From the IMG/VR virus record IMGVR_UViG_3300037488_003116: a stretch of 64,000 nt of DNA, one strand, 5' to 3'. The translations under genes and the position numbers were made by a program. Under the pieces are notes generated by a model. That model was not told the origin of the DNA. It did not search any database and worked only from the letters and a program-made list of their open reading frames with translations. The stretch comes from an uncultured virus (IMG/VR IMGVR_UViG_3300037488_003116). Taxonomy: Duplodnaviria; Heunggongvirae; Uroviricota; Caudoviricetes. Positions 54,617-64,000 of the stretch are shown one piece after another (positions within the stretch are counted from its first letter, which is position 1; each line of letters starts with the position of its first letter).

Positions 54617-55624
54617 CTATTCCGCTGCCGACTCATCCTTCCACACAATCTTCCTCTTGTATGTGCCAGAGATGGCACTGATGTCTGAGATGTCCGACGC
54701 TGCAGAAGCAATGGAAGCCAGGCGCTCCTTGAGCTGTACCTGCATCTCCGGGGAAGACAACTGCTCAGTAGTGGATGTGGTCAGGAACTCTGCCTTCAGA
54801 GCTTTCAACTCGTCATCGATCCGAGTATCACCCACGAAGTTGAGGTTCTGAAATTTGTCCACGAAACTCTTCAGAGCAGTGATGCTCTTGTTCGTGATGA
54901 CCTTGCCCTCCTTGATGGACTGCGAGATCCGAGTACAGACATTCACCGTCTCACTTCTGAGCTGGGCAACCACATCCTCAACGAAGGCATCAAGCTTCGC
55001 TTGAGTCTGAGCTCTCAGTTCCTCCGTGGCATAGTCCCCGGTGCTCTGGCCGATCTCAAAAGCATCCCACACGATGTCGTACTTGGTAAGTATGGCTTCG
55101 GGTGTCGGATAGTAGGACTTGATCCGGGTCAGGAATGCTTCGACGAATGTACTCTTCTTGGCTTCAAACTCTTCCATGTTGAACTCCGTCACTCCCTCCG
55201 GCTCCAACTGAATGAAAGCCGTTTCCGCCGCCTGTCGATAGACCGGGAGCATCTGTTCCCGGTACTGCTCCAGGTTCTCGGACAGAGATTTGGCCAGGGC
55301 CAGGTAGTGCTCCCGGCAGTCCTTCAGTATCTCGATGACTTTGGGGATGTTATCTTTCGGAACAAATCTCGAAGAGCCGATAGGGAAATTCAATCCGTAG
55401 GGAAAGTCGGCTGCCCGACGTGCTTTGCCTTCCCAGTACCGCAAGTCCTTGATAACTTTGTCCGGTACCAGCATCTTGACGCCGAGTTTGAAAGCTTTCG
55501 GTACCTTTTTAGCATCAAGGCCCATGTCCTCGGGCGTGAGACTGATAGACCCCGACCATGCCGGGATATGGATATTTAACAGTAATCCGTCGCCCCAAAA
55601 CTTACTTGTTTCTCTTGTCGCCAT
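54617..55624 (-). CDS. DUF3150-like protein with C-terminal KRKIVW
   Basis: WSG...L...D.G......P....LG.K.LVP...RFVP layout; sits next to the AAA module. Confidence 0.7.
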   Translation of the reverse strand: MATRETSKFWGDGLLLNIHIPAWSGSISLTPEDMGLDAKKVPKAFKLGVKMLVPDKVIKDLRYWEGKARRAADFPYGLNFPIGSSRFVPKDNIPKVIEILKDCREHYLALAKSLSENLEQYREQMLPVYRQAAETAFIQLEPEGVTEFNMEEFEAKKSTFVEAFLTRIKSYYPTPEAILTKYDIVWDAFEIGQSTGDYATEELRAQTQAKLDAFVEDVVAQLRSETVNVCTRISQSIKEGKVITNKSITALKSFVDKFQNLNFVGDTRIDDELKALKAEFLTTSTTEQLSSPEMQVQLKERLASIASAASDISDISAISGTYKRKIVWKDESAAE

Positions 55625-55649
55625 GATAGACTCCTTGAAAATTGTTTTG

Positions 55650-55678
55650 AAAAAGAAAGGGGGGAAGAACTCCCCCCT
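55650..55678 (-). terminator. Rho-independent terminator
   Basis: Minus strand GGGGGAGTTCTTCCCCCC hairpin followed by TTTCTTTTT. Confidence 0.6.
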
Positions 55679-55681
55679 GTG

Positions 55682-56188
55682 TTATGCTACTCTACGACTC
55701 GTAAGCGTTTCAAACTGTGGCTGTGGCAACATACGGGGTTGTGGAGGATGAGTCTGAGCTCTATTCCTCCTCTCTATATATTTCGGAGTGTTGTATGTGT
55801 TCCACAGAGCCCGGTGCTTTTCTATGGCCGCCTCATAAGCCCTCTGGTTTCTAAGCCGGAAGACTCCCTTGGCTACCTGGCCATGAAGGGTGGTCACATA
55901 GCCAGTGACCTGGAAGATCGTTACTTCCTCGGGCATGTGCTGACGTTTGAATGTGACACAGAGATCCCGTTCAATGATTCCGTTGTTCGGGATGAAGAGC
56001 TCATTCTTGATCTTATCTTTCTCAGGCTCGAACAGGTCACGTATCTTTAAAGACTTGTGCCCATTCTTACTGGGAGTCTTACCCGGTGGAGACTCGGTCA
56101 CTCTTACAACCGGAGGATCCAATACCGCAACCACGACGGGTTCCGGAATTACGGGCTCCGGTTCGGGTGTCCAAATTATCTTTCTCAT
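55682..56188 (-). CDS. Stand-alone paralog of the sigma-factor C-terminal domain, N-terminal MRKIIW
   Basis: NGH...KIRDL, LF.P.NG, DLCV.F, FQVTGY...LH..VA and HRA.W.TY...KY are shared with 6944-7855. Confidence 0.8.
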   Translation of the reverse strand: MRKIIWTPEPEPVIPEPVVVAVLDPPVVRVTESPPGKTPSKNGHKSLKIRDLFEPEKDKIKNELFIPNNGIIERDLCVTFKRQHMPEEVTIFQVTGYVTTLHGQVAKGVFRLRNQRAYEAAIEKHRALWNTYNTPKYIERRNRAQTHPPQPRMLPQPQFETLTSRRVA

Positions 56189-56233
56189 GGAACTCCTTCC
56201 TTTAGAGGAGGGAGGGGATTTCTCCCCTCCTCG

Positions 56234-57850
56234 TTAGTTGTTCTCGGGGGTATTCGCTCCTACTATTTTCCTGGTGGCCTTACGGGCCTCAGGCGGTGTG
56301 GCAGGCAGATTCCGTTCGGGCGACGCCCTTTTGCACCCGTGGCTCAGAGCCCATTCCCGGTTCTCCGCAATCTTAGCACCCATCATCATGGAGGTTGGAG
56401 TGATCTCATTTTTCGTGTTGATGAAATCCTGCATGGTCAAGTCCGGATGCTTAGACGCATAGGCCAGTTTTAGGGCCTCTTGAACCCACTGCTCTATGTC
56501 TGCTCCGGAGAACTGATCACACAGTGCTACCAACTGGGCCATATTCGCATTGAACATGTTCGGATTGCGCCCGATCTTCCGCAGGTGAATCTTAATGATC
56601 TCCTCTCGCTGGATATAATCCGGGAGGTCCACCCAGTACAGCTTGTCGATACGTCCTGACCGAAGCAGTTCAGGCGGGAGAGCCTTCACTGAGTTAGCTG
56701 TAGCGGCCAGGAATACCTCCGACTTATTTTCCTGCAGGAAGTTCAGCAACATACCGAAGACCTTCTTCGTGGTCTCGTGGCCTTCGTCTCCATCCCTGTT
56801 CCCGGACATGCTCTTCTCCAGCTCGTCCATCCAGAGAATGCATGGGGCATTAACGGCGGCAATTTCCAAGCACTTGGCCATGTTGGCTTCTGATTCTCCA
56901 ACATACTTGCCGAAGATCTTACTCACATCCATGCGGAACAATGGCATTCCGAAGGCACCGGCTATGGCCTTGGCCAGGAGGCTCTTACCACAGCCAGGGA
57001 CGCCCACGAAGATCATGCCCCTTGGAGACCGGACACCGTACTCATGAGCGGCCATCGAGAAGTTATTCTTACAGAGCGTAAGATCCGCCTTAAGGATTTC
57101 CAGCCCACCTACATCGTCCAGGGTCTCAGTCACCTCGATGACTTCGAGGCTACCCGATCTCCGAACGCTGTCGGACTTCTCTCGCCGGATAATCTCAGGC
57201 TTGAGACCTTTGCCCTCAGACAGAGACCCTGAGTAGGCATTACTTGCCTCGTTCGATGTCATTCCGAGAGCCGCATGGATCAGCTCTTCCTCCAGTGCTG
57301 GAGATGGAAGCTTTGTCATCTTAGCCGATGCACAGATGTCCTGAAGGACTGCCTTGAGCTCGATTCTGGTAGGGAGCTTATAACTAATAACTCGAACTTC
57401 TTTGTCCAGCTCCCTGGGAATGTTGACCACAGGGCTCAGCACCACTAAGCACTTGCATTCACTCCGAAGTTTCGGGAGGCTATTACGTATTGTACGTATT
57501 ACAATATCCGAAGTCGGGAAAGTCTTCGGATCAAGATACGTGTGGTAATCCTTCAGAAACACGATAGTCTGTTCTCCGGGTCCCCCCGTTCCATCTGTCT
57601 TCGGCGGCGAGGTGATCCATCGCAGGGGGTGCAACGGGTCGTTGTCCGACTTCGGCACCGGCACGCCATACACCATCTGACCCTGATCCATGTAGATCGT
57701 ACTCTGTCCCCGGGCCACGTCCCAGGTATAGGTTTTGAAGCCTTCTCTTTCTGCCTCGGCGACGAGCTCGACCAGAGCACGCTCCTCTTCATACGTTTCG
57801 ATCCATAGGAAGGCGTACGAGGCCTTGACCTTGTTCATGAAATCTGACAT
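56234..57850 (-). CDS. Ycf46-like AAA+ ATPase
   Basis: Degenerate N-terminal AAA domain (W.ETYEEER, FLKDYH), then DVGGL, GVPGCGKS, LWMDELEK, ATAN and PPELLRSGRID. Confidence 0.9.
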   Translation of the reverse strand: MSDFMNKVKASYAFLWIETYEEERALVELVAEAEREGFKTYTWDVARGQSTIYMDQGQMVYGVPVPKSDNDPLHPLRWITSPPKTDGTGGPGEQTIVFLKDYHTYLDPKTFPTSDIVIRTIRNSLPKLRSECKCLVVLSPVVNIPRELDKEVRVISYKLPTRIELKAVLQDICASAKMTKLPSPALEEELIHAALGMTSNEASNAYSGSLSEGKGLKPEIIRREKSDSVRRSGSLEVIEVTETLDDVGGLEILKADLTLCKNNFSMAAHEYGVRSPRGMIFVGVPGCGKSLLAKAIAGAFGMPLFRMDVSKIFGKYVGESEANMAKCLEIAAVNAPCILWMDELEKSMSGNRDGDEGHETTKKVFGMLLNFLQENKSEVFLAATANSVKALPPELLRSGRIDKLYWVDLPDYIQREEIIKIHLRKIGRNPNMFNANMAQLVALCDQFSGADIEQWVQEALKLAYASKHPDLTMQDFINTKNEITPTSMMMGAKIAENREWALSHGCKRASPERNLPATPPEARKATRKIVGANTPENN

Positions 57851-57865
57851 ATGCTTACTCCTTAG

Positions 57866-58330
57866 TTAAGGTTTGGTTCCATTGTATTGTAGTGCCAAGT
57901 TGGACATCTCATTCCTGTCCAGACCTCCTGTGGCATCAGGCAGGATAACTCTGAGGACTGTCCTGCCACATTCCGTGGCTTCGACGAACAGAACATCGAA
58001 GTTCTTGATAATGCCTGCGACCCGGTCCCCGGCAGTGTAGATCACTCCGTCTTTGATCTGATCGACGATGATGCCTAAGATGTCATGAGCTACTTCTATT
58101 GGGAGAGGACAACAGATCTGCAGATTGAGATGCTTGCTGGTGACCTCTAGCCCATGTGTATGCATGTTGTACTCGTAGGGGGCCTCGTCGTCGTCCATAA
58201 CGAAGTGGACATACCATCCATACTTTACCATGTTCTCTTTCTCGCGGGCCTCCAGTGCATCACATACGGGCTTATCGAGTTTGTCATGCTTGGGCTGATC
58301 TGGGTTAGGCCCTATTATTTTTCGATTCAT
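57866..58330 (-). CDS. DUF4262-like protein
   Basis: KYGWYVHFV...HTHGL. Confidence 0.6.
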   Translation of the reverse strand: MNRKIIGPNPDQPKHDKLDKPVCDALEAREKENMVKYGWYVHFVMDDDEAPYEYNMHTHGLEVTSKHLNLQICCPLPIEVAHDILGIIVDQIKDGVIYTAGDRVAGIIKNFDVLFVEATECGRTVLRVILPDATGGLDRNEMSNLALQYNGTKP

Positions 58331-58512
58331 GCGTCTCCTTTCAGCAGATTCTTTTGATTCGTTTCAGAAACTCAGGGTTGGCTTCTCTGCACAAAGGCTT
58401 ACCCAGTTCCTGGCATCTCTTGCCACATAGGGTACAGAGTAGTGGACAGAGCTCGGGTGAGCATTCAGTGGTAACTGAGGCGTCCTCAAAAGTGAGGACT
58501 ACCTCAGTCTGT

Positions 58513-58743
58513 TTAGGCACGGATGCCTTCTTCAGTGTCTCTTCTCCGGTCATTGTAATACTCCGCTGTGTGGGTGCGTTCGACGTCCGTTGCTCCGAGA
58601 GCACGCTCGATGAATTCCGTGAGGGCTTCGCAATCTTTCCCTTCGAATCCCTCAGTGGATTTATGTACCGTGACTCCGTCGTTCTCGAACGTCAGCGTCA
58701 CAGTCCGTTCTTTCGGGGCTTCACCTCTTGTTCTTGAGTTCAT
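58513..58743 (-). CDS. DUF2997-like protein
   Basis: TF..DG.....TEGFEGKDC..LT..IE.ALG......TAEYY; GGAGG RBS before the ATG at 58743. Confidence 0.75.
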   Translation of the reverse strand: MNSRTRGEAPKERTVTLTFENDGVTVHKSTEGFEGKDCEALTEFIERALGATDVERTHTAEYYNDRRRDTEEGIRA

Positions 58744-58747
58744 TGTA

Positions 58748-59185
58748 TTACCTCCCTCTCCGGAGCATGGCTCTCGGATCTTCTGCAAGTTTGAATCTGA
58801 TTTGAGTACGCCCACGGTCATCCCGGGCCTCAGTGTACTCAATGCTCTGCGAATCCAACTCCATTTTGGTGGTTTCTATTCCGCAATAGGTGGCCACCTG
58901 GGTTTGCCACGCGGTACTGTAATGTTGCCTGCCACCGTAATTATAGTCGTCAATGTGGGCGACATATGTTCCGTCCTTGGCCCTCTCCCAGCCGATGTCA
59001 CTGCCACAGATGTCCTTGCGAACGACAACATTCGCCATGAACTTTTCTTCCTTGTGATAGCCACAGCACTGGATGGCCTGTTCATGGATCTCGATCCTGT
59101 TCTGCGGGATGCCTACCCTGAGCAGAGCTCTGACCAGGGCCTGGGGATTTCCGATTTTTGTCTTTACTGTCGCTACATGACTCAT
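58748..59185 (-). CDS. DUF1257 (Ycf35-like) protein
   Basis: MSH...VKT.I.....L..AL...G, A.VV.R, DIGW....DG.Y....D.Y. Confidence 0.75.
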   Translation of the reverse strand: MSHVATVKTKIGNPQALVRALLRVGIPQNRIEIHEQAIQCCGYHKEEKFMANVVVRKDICGSDIGWERAKDGTYVAHIDDYNYGGRQHYSTAWQTQVATYCGIETTKMELDSQSIEYTEARDDRGRTQIRFKLAEDPRAMLRRGR

Positions 59186-59249
59186 TGAGCCTCCTTGTTA
59201 GGGTTTGATTTATTATACGCAGATTTCATTCCGAACCTTCAGAATATTG

Positions 59250-59840
59250 TCAGAGATTGATGGGACTCTTGGGATTATTTTTACGGAAATCCTCAAGCAG
59301 TTCTACAGAGAGTATGCTACTCTCCTTGTCTATTGTCGCCATATACTTTGCTCGGAAAAATGCTACACCGGCTTCCGCATTGGGGGCTTCGAAGACGTCC
59401 CGGGTCTTTACTAGTCCGGTGATAACATATTTTTTATTCTCAGGCTTGAGACTGAGCCAGGACACTAGCCAATGCCTTACGTACACATACAATTGGTCTA
59501 AACCTCGGTTGCCCTTGGCATTGACTATCTTCATAAAATAATCCGCTTTGAGTTCATAGGCAATTTTACAGCGCTCGTCAACGTACGCCGCAAAAGCCTC
59601 GACTTGTTCAGGGGTCATGGCCTGACGTTTGATCTCAACTTTATTTGCTCTTTCCTTATCCCGGAGACCCTCTGACCATTCCTGTTCAGTATACTCCTCA
59701 CCGCAGACTGTCTCAGCGATCATGGCCGGGAGAAAGGGAAGGTTCTCATAGGGTGGTAATTTTTTCATACTACCCTCTCTAAGTTTTTCGTATGGATGAG
59801 GAAAGGCTTTCGCATACCACCTTGTGGCATGCGAAAGCAT
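59250..59840 (-). CDS. Hypothetical protein
   Basis: Long ORF in the co-directional run; the true start is probably internal (MKKLPP). Confidence 0.5.
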   Translation of the reverse strand: MLSHATRWYAKAFPHPYEKLREGSMKKLPPYENLPFLPAMIAETVCGEEYTEQEWSEGLRDKERANKVEIKRQAMTPEQVEAFAAYVDERCKIAYELKADYFMKIVNAKGNRGLDQLYVYVRHWLVSWLSLKPENKKYVITGLVKTRDVFEAPNAEAGVAFFRAKYMATIDKESSILSVELLEDFRKNNPKSPINL

Positions 59841-59951
59841 ACTCCTACATCACCAGTAGCGCCGGATTGCGGGTGCTCCTCGGTAATGACTCCTTCGCTC
59901 CCTTTATCGATACTATGAAGTCGTTTTGTAAGACGTACCTTAGCCCCTACT

Positions 59952-60629
59952 TTAAACATCTTTTTTCCTCTCGACGAGCATGGCGAGTACTGCAGGCCTG
60001 TATCTGTCAAGCAAACTTATCGGCTCCGACTGTAACGCTTCAGGCAACTCTGAGGGTTCGCTTGAAAGATCAAGACCCAGTTCACTGGGCTCTACATTCT
60101 GGATAAAGCCATGATTCGATAGCCTCTGTACGATGAAGGATATCCTGTTTGCCGGTGTATTCACTGAACAATCTCTGATTGTGACCAGACCCCCTTTAAT
60201 TTTGAGCCTCTTGGGGGTGTATGTGAGGGTCTTGCCACGATATCCACGATCCAGTTCTCTCATCAGATAATTTTGCACATCTCGGCGACCCTTTTCAATC
60301 TTATACTCTTCTTCTTTCCGGGCATCCATCTCTTCAGCAATCCTTTTCTGCTCTGATGCCCAGGCGTCGAACTTCGCTTTGTCTTTGAGTGTGACGGCCT
60401 GAAGGTAATGGTTATTGATTTTTGTTACCTTTATCGGAAGATTTGCCCCCAGTTCATAGCTGTACACCATCTCTTGGATGGTGGGAGAATGATTCTCCTG
60501 CACCACGCTACCCCATAGGGGCTCATAACCTTTTTCAATGGCGTCATTGACGATGTCCGCAAGACCTTTGGATGTCTCGGACAATAGAATTTCGAACGCT
60601 CTCGAATCAACTGCGATCGCTTTGCACAT
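59952..60629 (-). CDS. Hypothetical protein
   Basis: 225 aa; GGAGG RBS. Confidence 0.6.
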   Translation of the reverse strand: MCKAIAVDSRAFEILLSETSKGLADIVNDAIEKGYEPLWGSVVQENHSPTIQEMVYSYELGANLPIKVTKINNHYLQAVTLKDKAKFDAWASEQKRIAEEMDARKEEEYKIEKGRRDVQNYLMRELDRGYRGKTLTYTPKRLKIKGGLVTIRDCSVNTPANRISFIVQRLSNHGFIQNVEPSELGLDLSSEPSELPEALQSEPISLLDRYRPAVLAMLVERKKDV

Positions 60630-61306
60630 ATTATTTGCCCTCCAGTTTATGGTTTATTTCACCGCAATTACGCTCCCATTTGCTGTAGAGATCTTTGCCA
60701 TTAACACAGGCATGTGTTCTCATGTGCTGAGACGTGAGCATGCCATTCAGCCATATCGAGAAGAAAACAGTTTCATTCCCGAAGTTCGCTTTGATCTCGT
60801 CTGCCCTTTTATAGGCAATGGCTTCATTTGTGTCTGCAAAAATTACTTCTTTAGTTTTATCTTCATACACATCATTCTGTTCTTCGATCACATAGATGGG
60901 ATCACTCATTTTCGTACCTCAAAGGTTAAAGTGCTTTTCAATGGCTCGGTGAATCGGGGTTGGTTCACAGGGTTTTTTATTGGTATCATACAACCTCACA
61001 CGGCTATTATCGGGGAGCTCTATGATGAGTACGTCATATAACTTTTTATCCGATTCATAACTGTGATAGGTGATGGAACAGGCATGGCCTTTATAGAGGC
61101 ATGCCCCTTCCACCCTGTTAAAGTTTTTCGTTATAGTTGCCATTCGTCGTCCTCACAGAAATCTATCCCGGCAACCTCGCTTACCAGAAGTATCTGGGCT
61201 TCGACTTCTCTCTGTCCTTCTTCCGGCAGGGAGGTTATCGAGACGACCTTACCCGGAGCTACGAGGACGCGAGGGGGTGGATACAAATAGGGTTTTTCAT
61301 CATCAC

Positions 61307-62098
61307 TCATATTGCTATAGCCTCCTCTTGTTCGACATAAGGTTTGCTGTACCCCCTGATTATGTCAGGTAGGGATTGGGTCAGAACATTGCCCTTCGAC
61401 TCCTGATCGGCTCGTCTGAAGGACATGTTGCAACTGCTGACCACGTTGCCGTTGGCTGCAACATATACCAAGTCACTAGAACTGTCAGGGAATGTGATTC
61501 TCCCGTTGTCTTCCTCGTCTATGACCCATGGACTCTGCTGTTCAGGGTCGTCAGTCATATACTTGTTGACTGCTCTACCCTCTCTGAGAGGGTTATTGAT
61601 TGGGTGAGTCCGACTGTTGAGGGCTAAATAAGGCCTCTCAGCTTCATAGACCCCTTCGTCGGGATCATATGCCCTATAGAACTTATTGAGGTCAATTTTG
61701 TACAATTCCTCTGTATGGTACTGGTCCCTTGACACAGACAGACAGCATGCTTCCGGAGAATCCGCATAGGAATAGAGTCGGTCGACTGCTGCCATAAACT
61801 TTCGCCAGCCGTTCCGGGTCTTGCCGTTCGTTACAATGTAGAAGGCCCCGAAAGTGATCTTTTTCCAGAGACATTCCTGGAGGAACCTTTCTATGACCTC
61901 GGAGGCCAGGGATGGCTCACCGCCAGTGAAGGATATCATGCTTATGTATTCTACATCAGCCAGAGCTAGGCCAATGATTTGGGGGGTCATAGTAATTTGT
62001 TGAGGGGACCCTCGGAGGCAATGGGCACATTTCATGTTACATTTTCTGGTAACCTCCAGGACGAGGTTTGGAATTTGAAGCATATCTTTTCCTTTCAT
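61307..62098 (-). CDS. Radical SAM protein
   Basis: EVTRKCNMKCAHC (CxxxCxxC), FTGGEP and VTNG. Confidence 0.9.
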   Translation of the reverse strand: MKGKDMLQIPNLVLEVTRKCNMKCAHCLRGSPQQITMTPQIIGLALADVEYISMISFTGGEPSLASEVIERFLQECLWKKITFGAFYIVTNGKTRNGWRKFMAAVDRLYSYADSPEACCLSVSRDQYHTEELYKIDLNKFYRAYDPDEGVYEAERPYLALNSRTHPINNPLREGRAVNKYMTDDPEQQSPWVIDEEDNGRITFPDSSSDLVYVAANGNVVSSCNMSFRRADQESKGNVLTQSLPDIIRGYSKPYVEQEEAIAI

Positions 62099-62484
62099 GT
62101 GGGGGGAGGGGTGGACGGAGCGGCGGCGTAGTAAGCCTTGGCGTTATCTCGGGATAGCTGCGCTTTTGAGAGCCTTATAGATGAGGGACTGCTCACAGAC
62201 CTTATCAAGAAGGCTAGAAAAGCTACGACAAGACAACCGTGTACGACTACCAACTCCACACAATAGTTCAAACAGATCGGAAACCTCCTTGTTAGTGAAT
62301 GTTATCGTGACTGTATCGGGAGGAGGGGCGACATCTTTCCACAGGTGAATTGGTATCGCTACATTTGCCAGTGCCGTAAAGTAGCGGCGCAATTCCACGG
62401 GGGTGCGATTGTCCAAAGTGGTGAGAAGCTTTTCAAGCTCCCGCCGAAAGTATTCCACATCGACTCCATAACTGTTTTCCATAG

Positions 62485-63030
62485 CTACTCCTTCTGGTTT
62501 GTCCATGCTTGTATGAGCCGGTCCCGTTCGGCTTCTACAAACTTTCTCAGCCTTAGTTTTGACCTTTTAAATTCACCGTCAAACGTATTCGGATTAGGCT
62601 CCATAATTTTTGTTACGTACGCAATATGGGTACCTATTTTAGGGTATATTAAAAAACCTATCTCATACCCATGTGATAAACGCCATTCTTCAATGATCCC
62701 TATCGAGAAGATATTCTTGATGTCTACAGGTTGTGTCTCAGGGGAGAAACCTATAGCTCGGATGTTCCACACGCCAGGATTATCAGGTGAGCTGGGCTCA
62801 TCATCAGGATCATCGATTATCTTGGTTGTACCTATAGGGGCCAATGCCTTGAGCGCTTCCCTATATCTATCCACCTTACTCTGTAAATCGAGTGACTCTA
62901 AATTTATTTCATCCGCCTCACTCCGTACATTGAGAAATTCTGACTCTAATTTGTATGATTCGCTCGCCAGGTCTATGCGATTTCTGTACCCTCTCATGTC
63001 TTCGGGGAAGCGTAACAAATGTATCTCCAT
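62485..63030 (-). CDS. Hypothetical protein
   Basis: 181 aa; AAGGAG RBS. Confidence 0.55.
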   Translation of the reverse strand: MEIHLLRFPEDMRGYRNRIDLASESYKLESEFLNVRSEADEINLESLDLQSKVDRYREALKALAPIGTTKIIDDPDDEPSSPDNPGVWNIRAIGFSPETQPVDIKNIFSIGIIEEWRLSHGYEIGFLIYPKIGTHIAYVTKIMEPNPNTFDGEFKRSKLRLRKFVEAERDRLIQAWTNQKE

Positions 63031-64000
63031 ACTTTACTCCTTTCCGAATGTGTGCCCAAGCAGGTAGAGTTTCTTCCAGTATTCCACGTAAAATCCATGC
63101 TGAATGCCAACTGACGTGTTCATAAGAAAATGTTTCACATCTACTCCTTGTTATAGTTCCATGAAGATAAGAGTCCGCTCTTTACTCTGCAGAACCCATG
63201 TTGCTTCTTCCAAAGCACGCTCGGAGGTAAAGAAAGCGGACGTATATTGTTCCTTGTGTACGTAACCACAGGTTCCGCAGGTCTCTATCTGAGTCCAACG
63301 AACTCTGTACTTGGGTCTTAAGGACATACAAAACTCCAGTTCTCATTGTATATGATGTCTCGCTCACGGTATCGAACAGCGACGGGGAAGCCAAGGAACC
63401 TTACTAAGCACATCTTACATCCGGGTACTTTAAGGGGGTCATCAGCAATCGCCCATGCCTTAGACTTGGTGTCGAAGCCATAAGGACCGCCCCGGTTGAT
63501 GGCCATGTAGGGAGGGATAGAGCCCGGCTCATACAGACTGAGCAGGGCCTCGGGATTAGGAAACAATACTGAGACGTCACAGGGGCCAATCATTCTGGCT
63601 CCTTCGCAGAGTGGAGTTAAGCCATGCCGTGGCTTCTTCAACTGAATTAACTCTCTTAGAAGCTTTCGATATACTACCCTCTATACGAAAGACTTCATAA
63701 CGGTGAGTAATGCAAGCAGAGGTAATGTACATGTTACCGATCTCATTCGTCTCTTCAAGATCGGTATAGAAGTGATAGGCCAAAACATTATGCTCGTTAA
63801 CTCTTGTCGTGACTGAGCACACTTGTCGGGGTCTAATTAATACTACCGTCTGTGGAGAGTCTGCATCTTCAACAGTAACATATGTACCGTTTAGATTCTT
63901 TCGGGTATAATGAGAGTCTCCTGCTTGCTTTGTTATGGTAGCGCCGGGATACTTGCGGGCTAATGCCCGGAACTGCTTACGCCGGTCCCGGGCACTGCCA

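Noticed and set aside
1..64000. Stop-codon reassignment, tRNA genes, integrase or transposase
   Set aside because: Conserved genes are full length in the standard code with all three stops in use. No cloverleaf or recombinase motif was recognised by eye; a tRNA scan would be needed to be sure.

Overview
A gene-dense segment that looks like part of a large bacteriophage genome: short ORFs, nearly all on the minus strand, mostly hypothetical, with no rRNA, tRNA or virion genes recognised. The left end carries a minimal type I-C CRISPR-Cas locus (cas5c-cas8c/cas11-cas7c-array, no cas3/cas4/cas1/cas2 at the usual positions). Its Cas7 is circularly permuted: the canonical C-terminal half comes before the canonical N-terminal half in one ORF. 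Two solitary copies of the same CRISPR repeat, sharing a ~54-bp cassette, lie 45-50 kb away. Recognisable genes include a sigma-70-like factor, FtsK, an HAD nucleotidase, SpoVG, ClpS, a metallophosphoesterase, a macrodomain, GNATs, an HNH nuclease, two ligase-like proteins, a radical SAM protein and a DUF1257-DUF2997-AAA-DUF3150 module. Other signals are a sharp local GC-skew inversion at ~32 kb with phased 21-bp repeats (candidate origin), a three-copy palindrome, a 15-bp motif at gene junctions, and a short peptide motif (R-K/R-I-x-W) at the termini or linkers of at least seven unrelated proteins. All family assignments come from motif recognition by eye; no database search was run.
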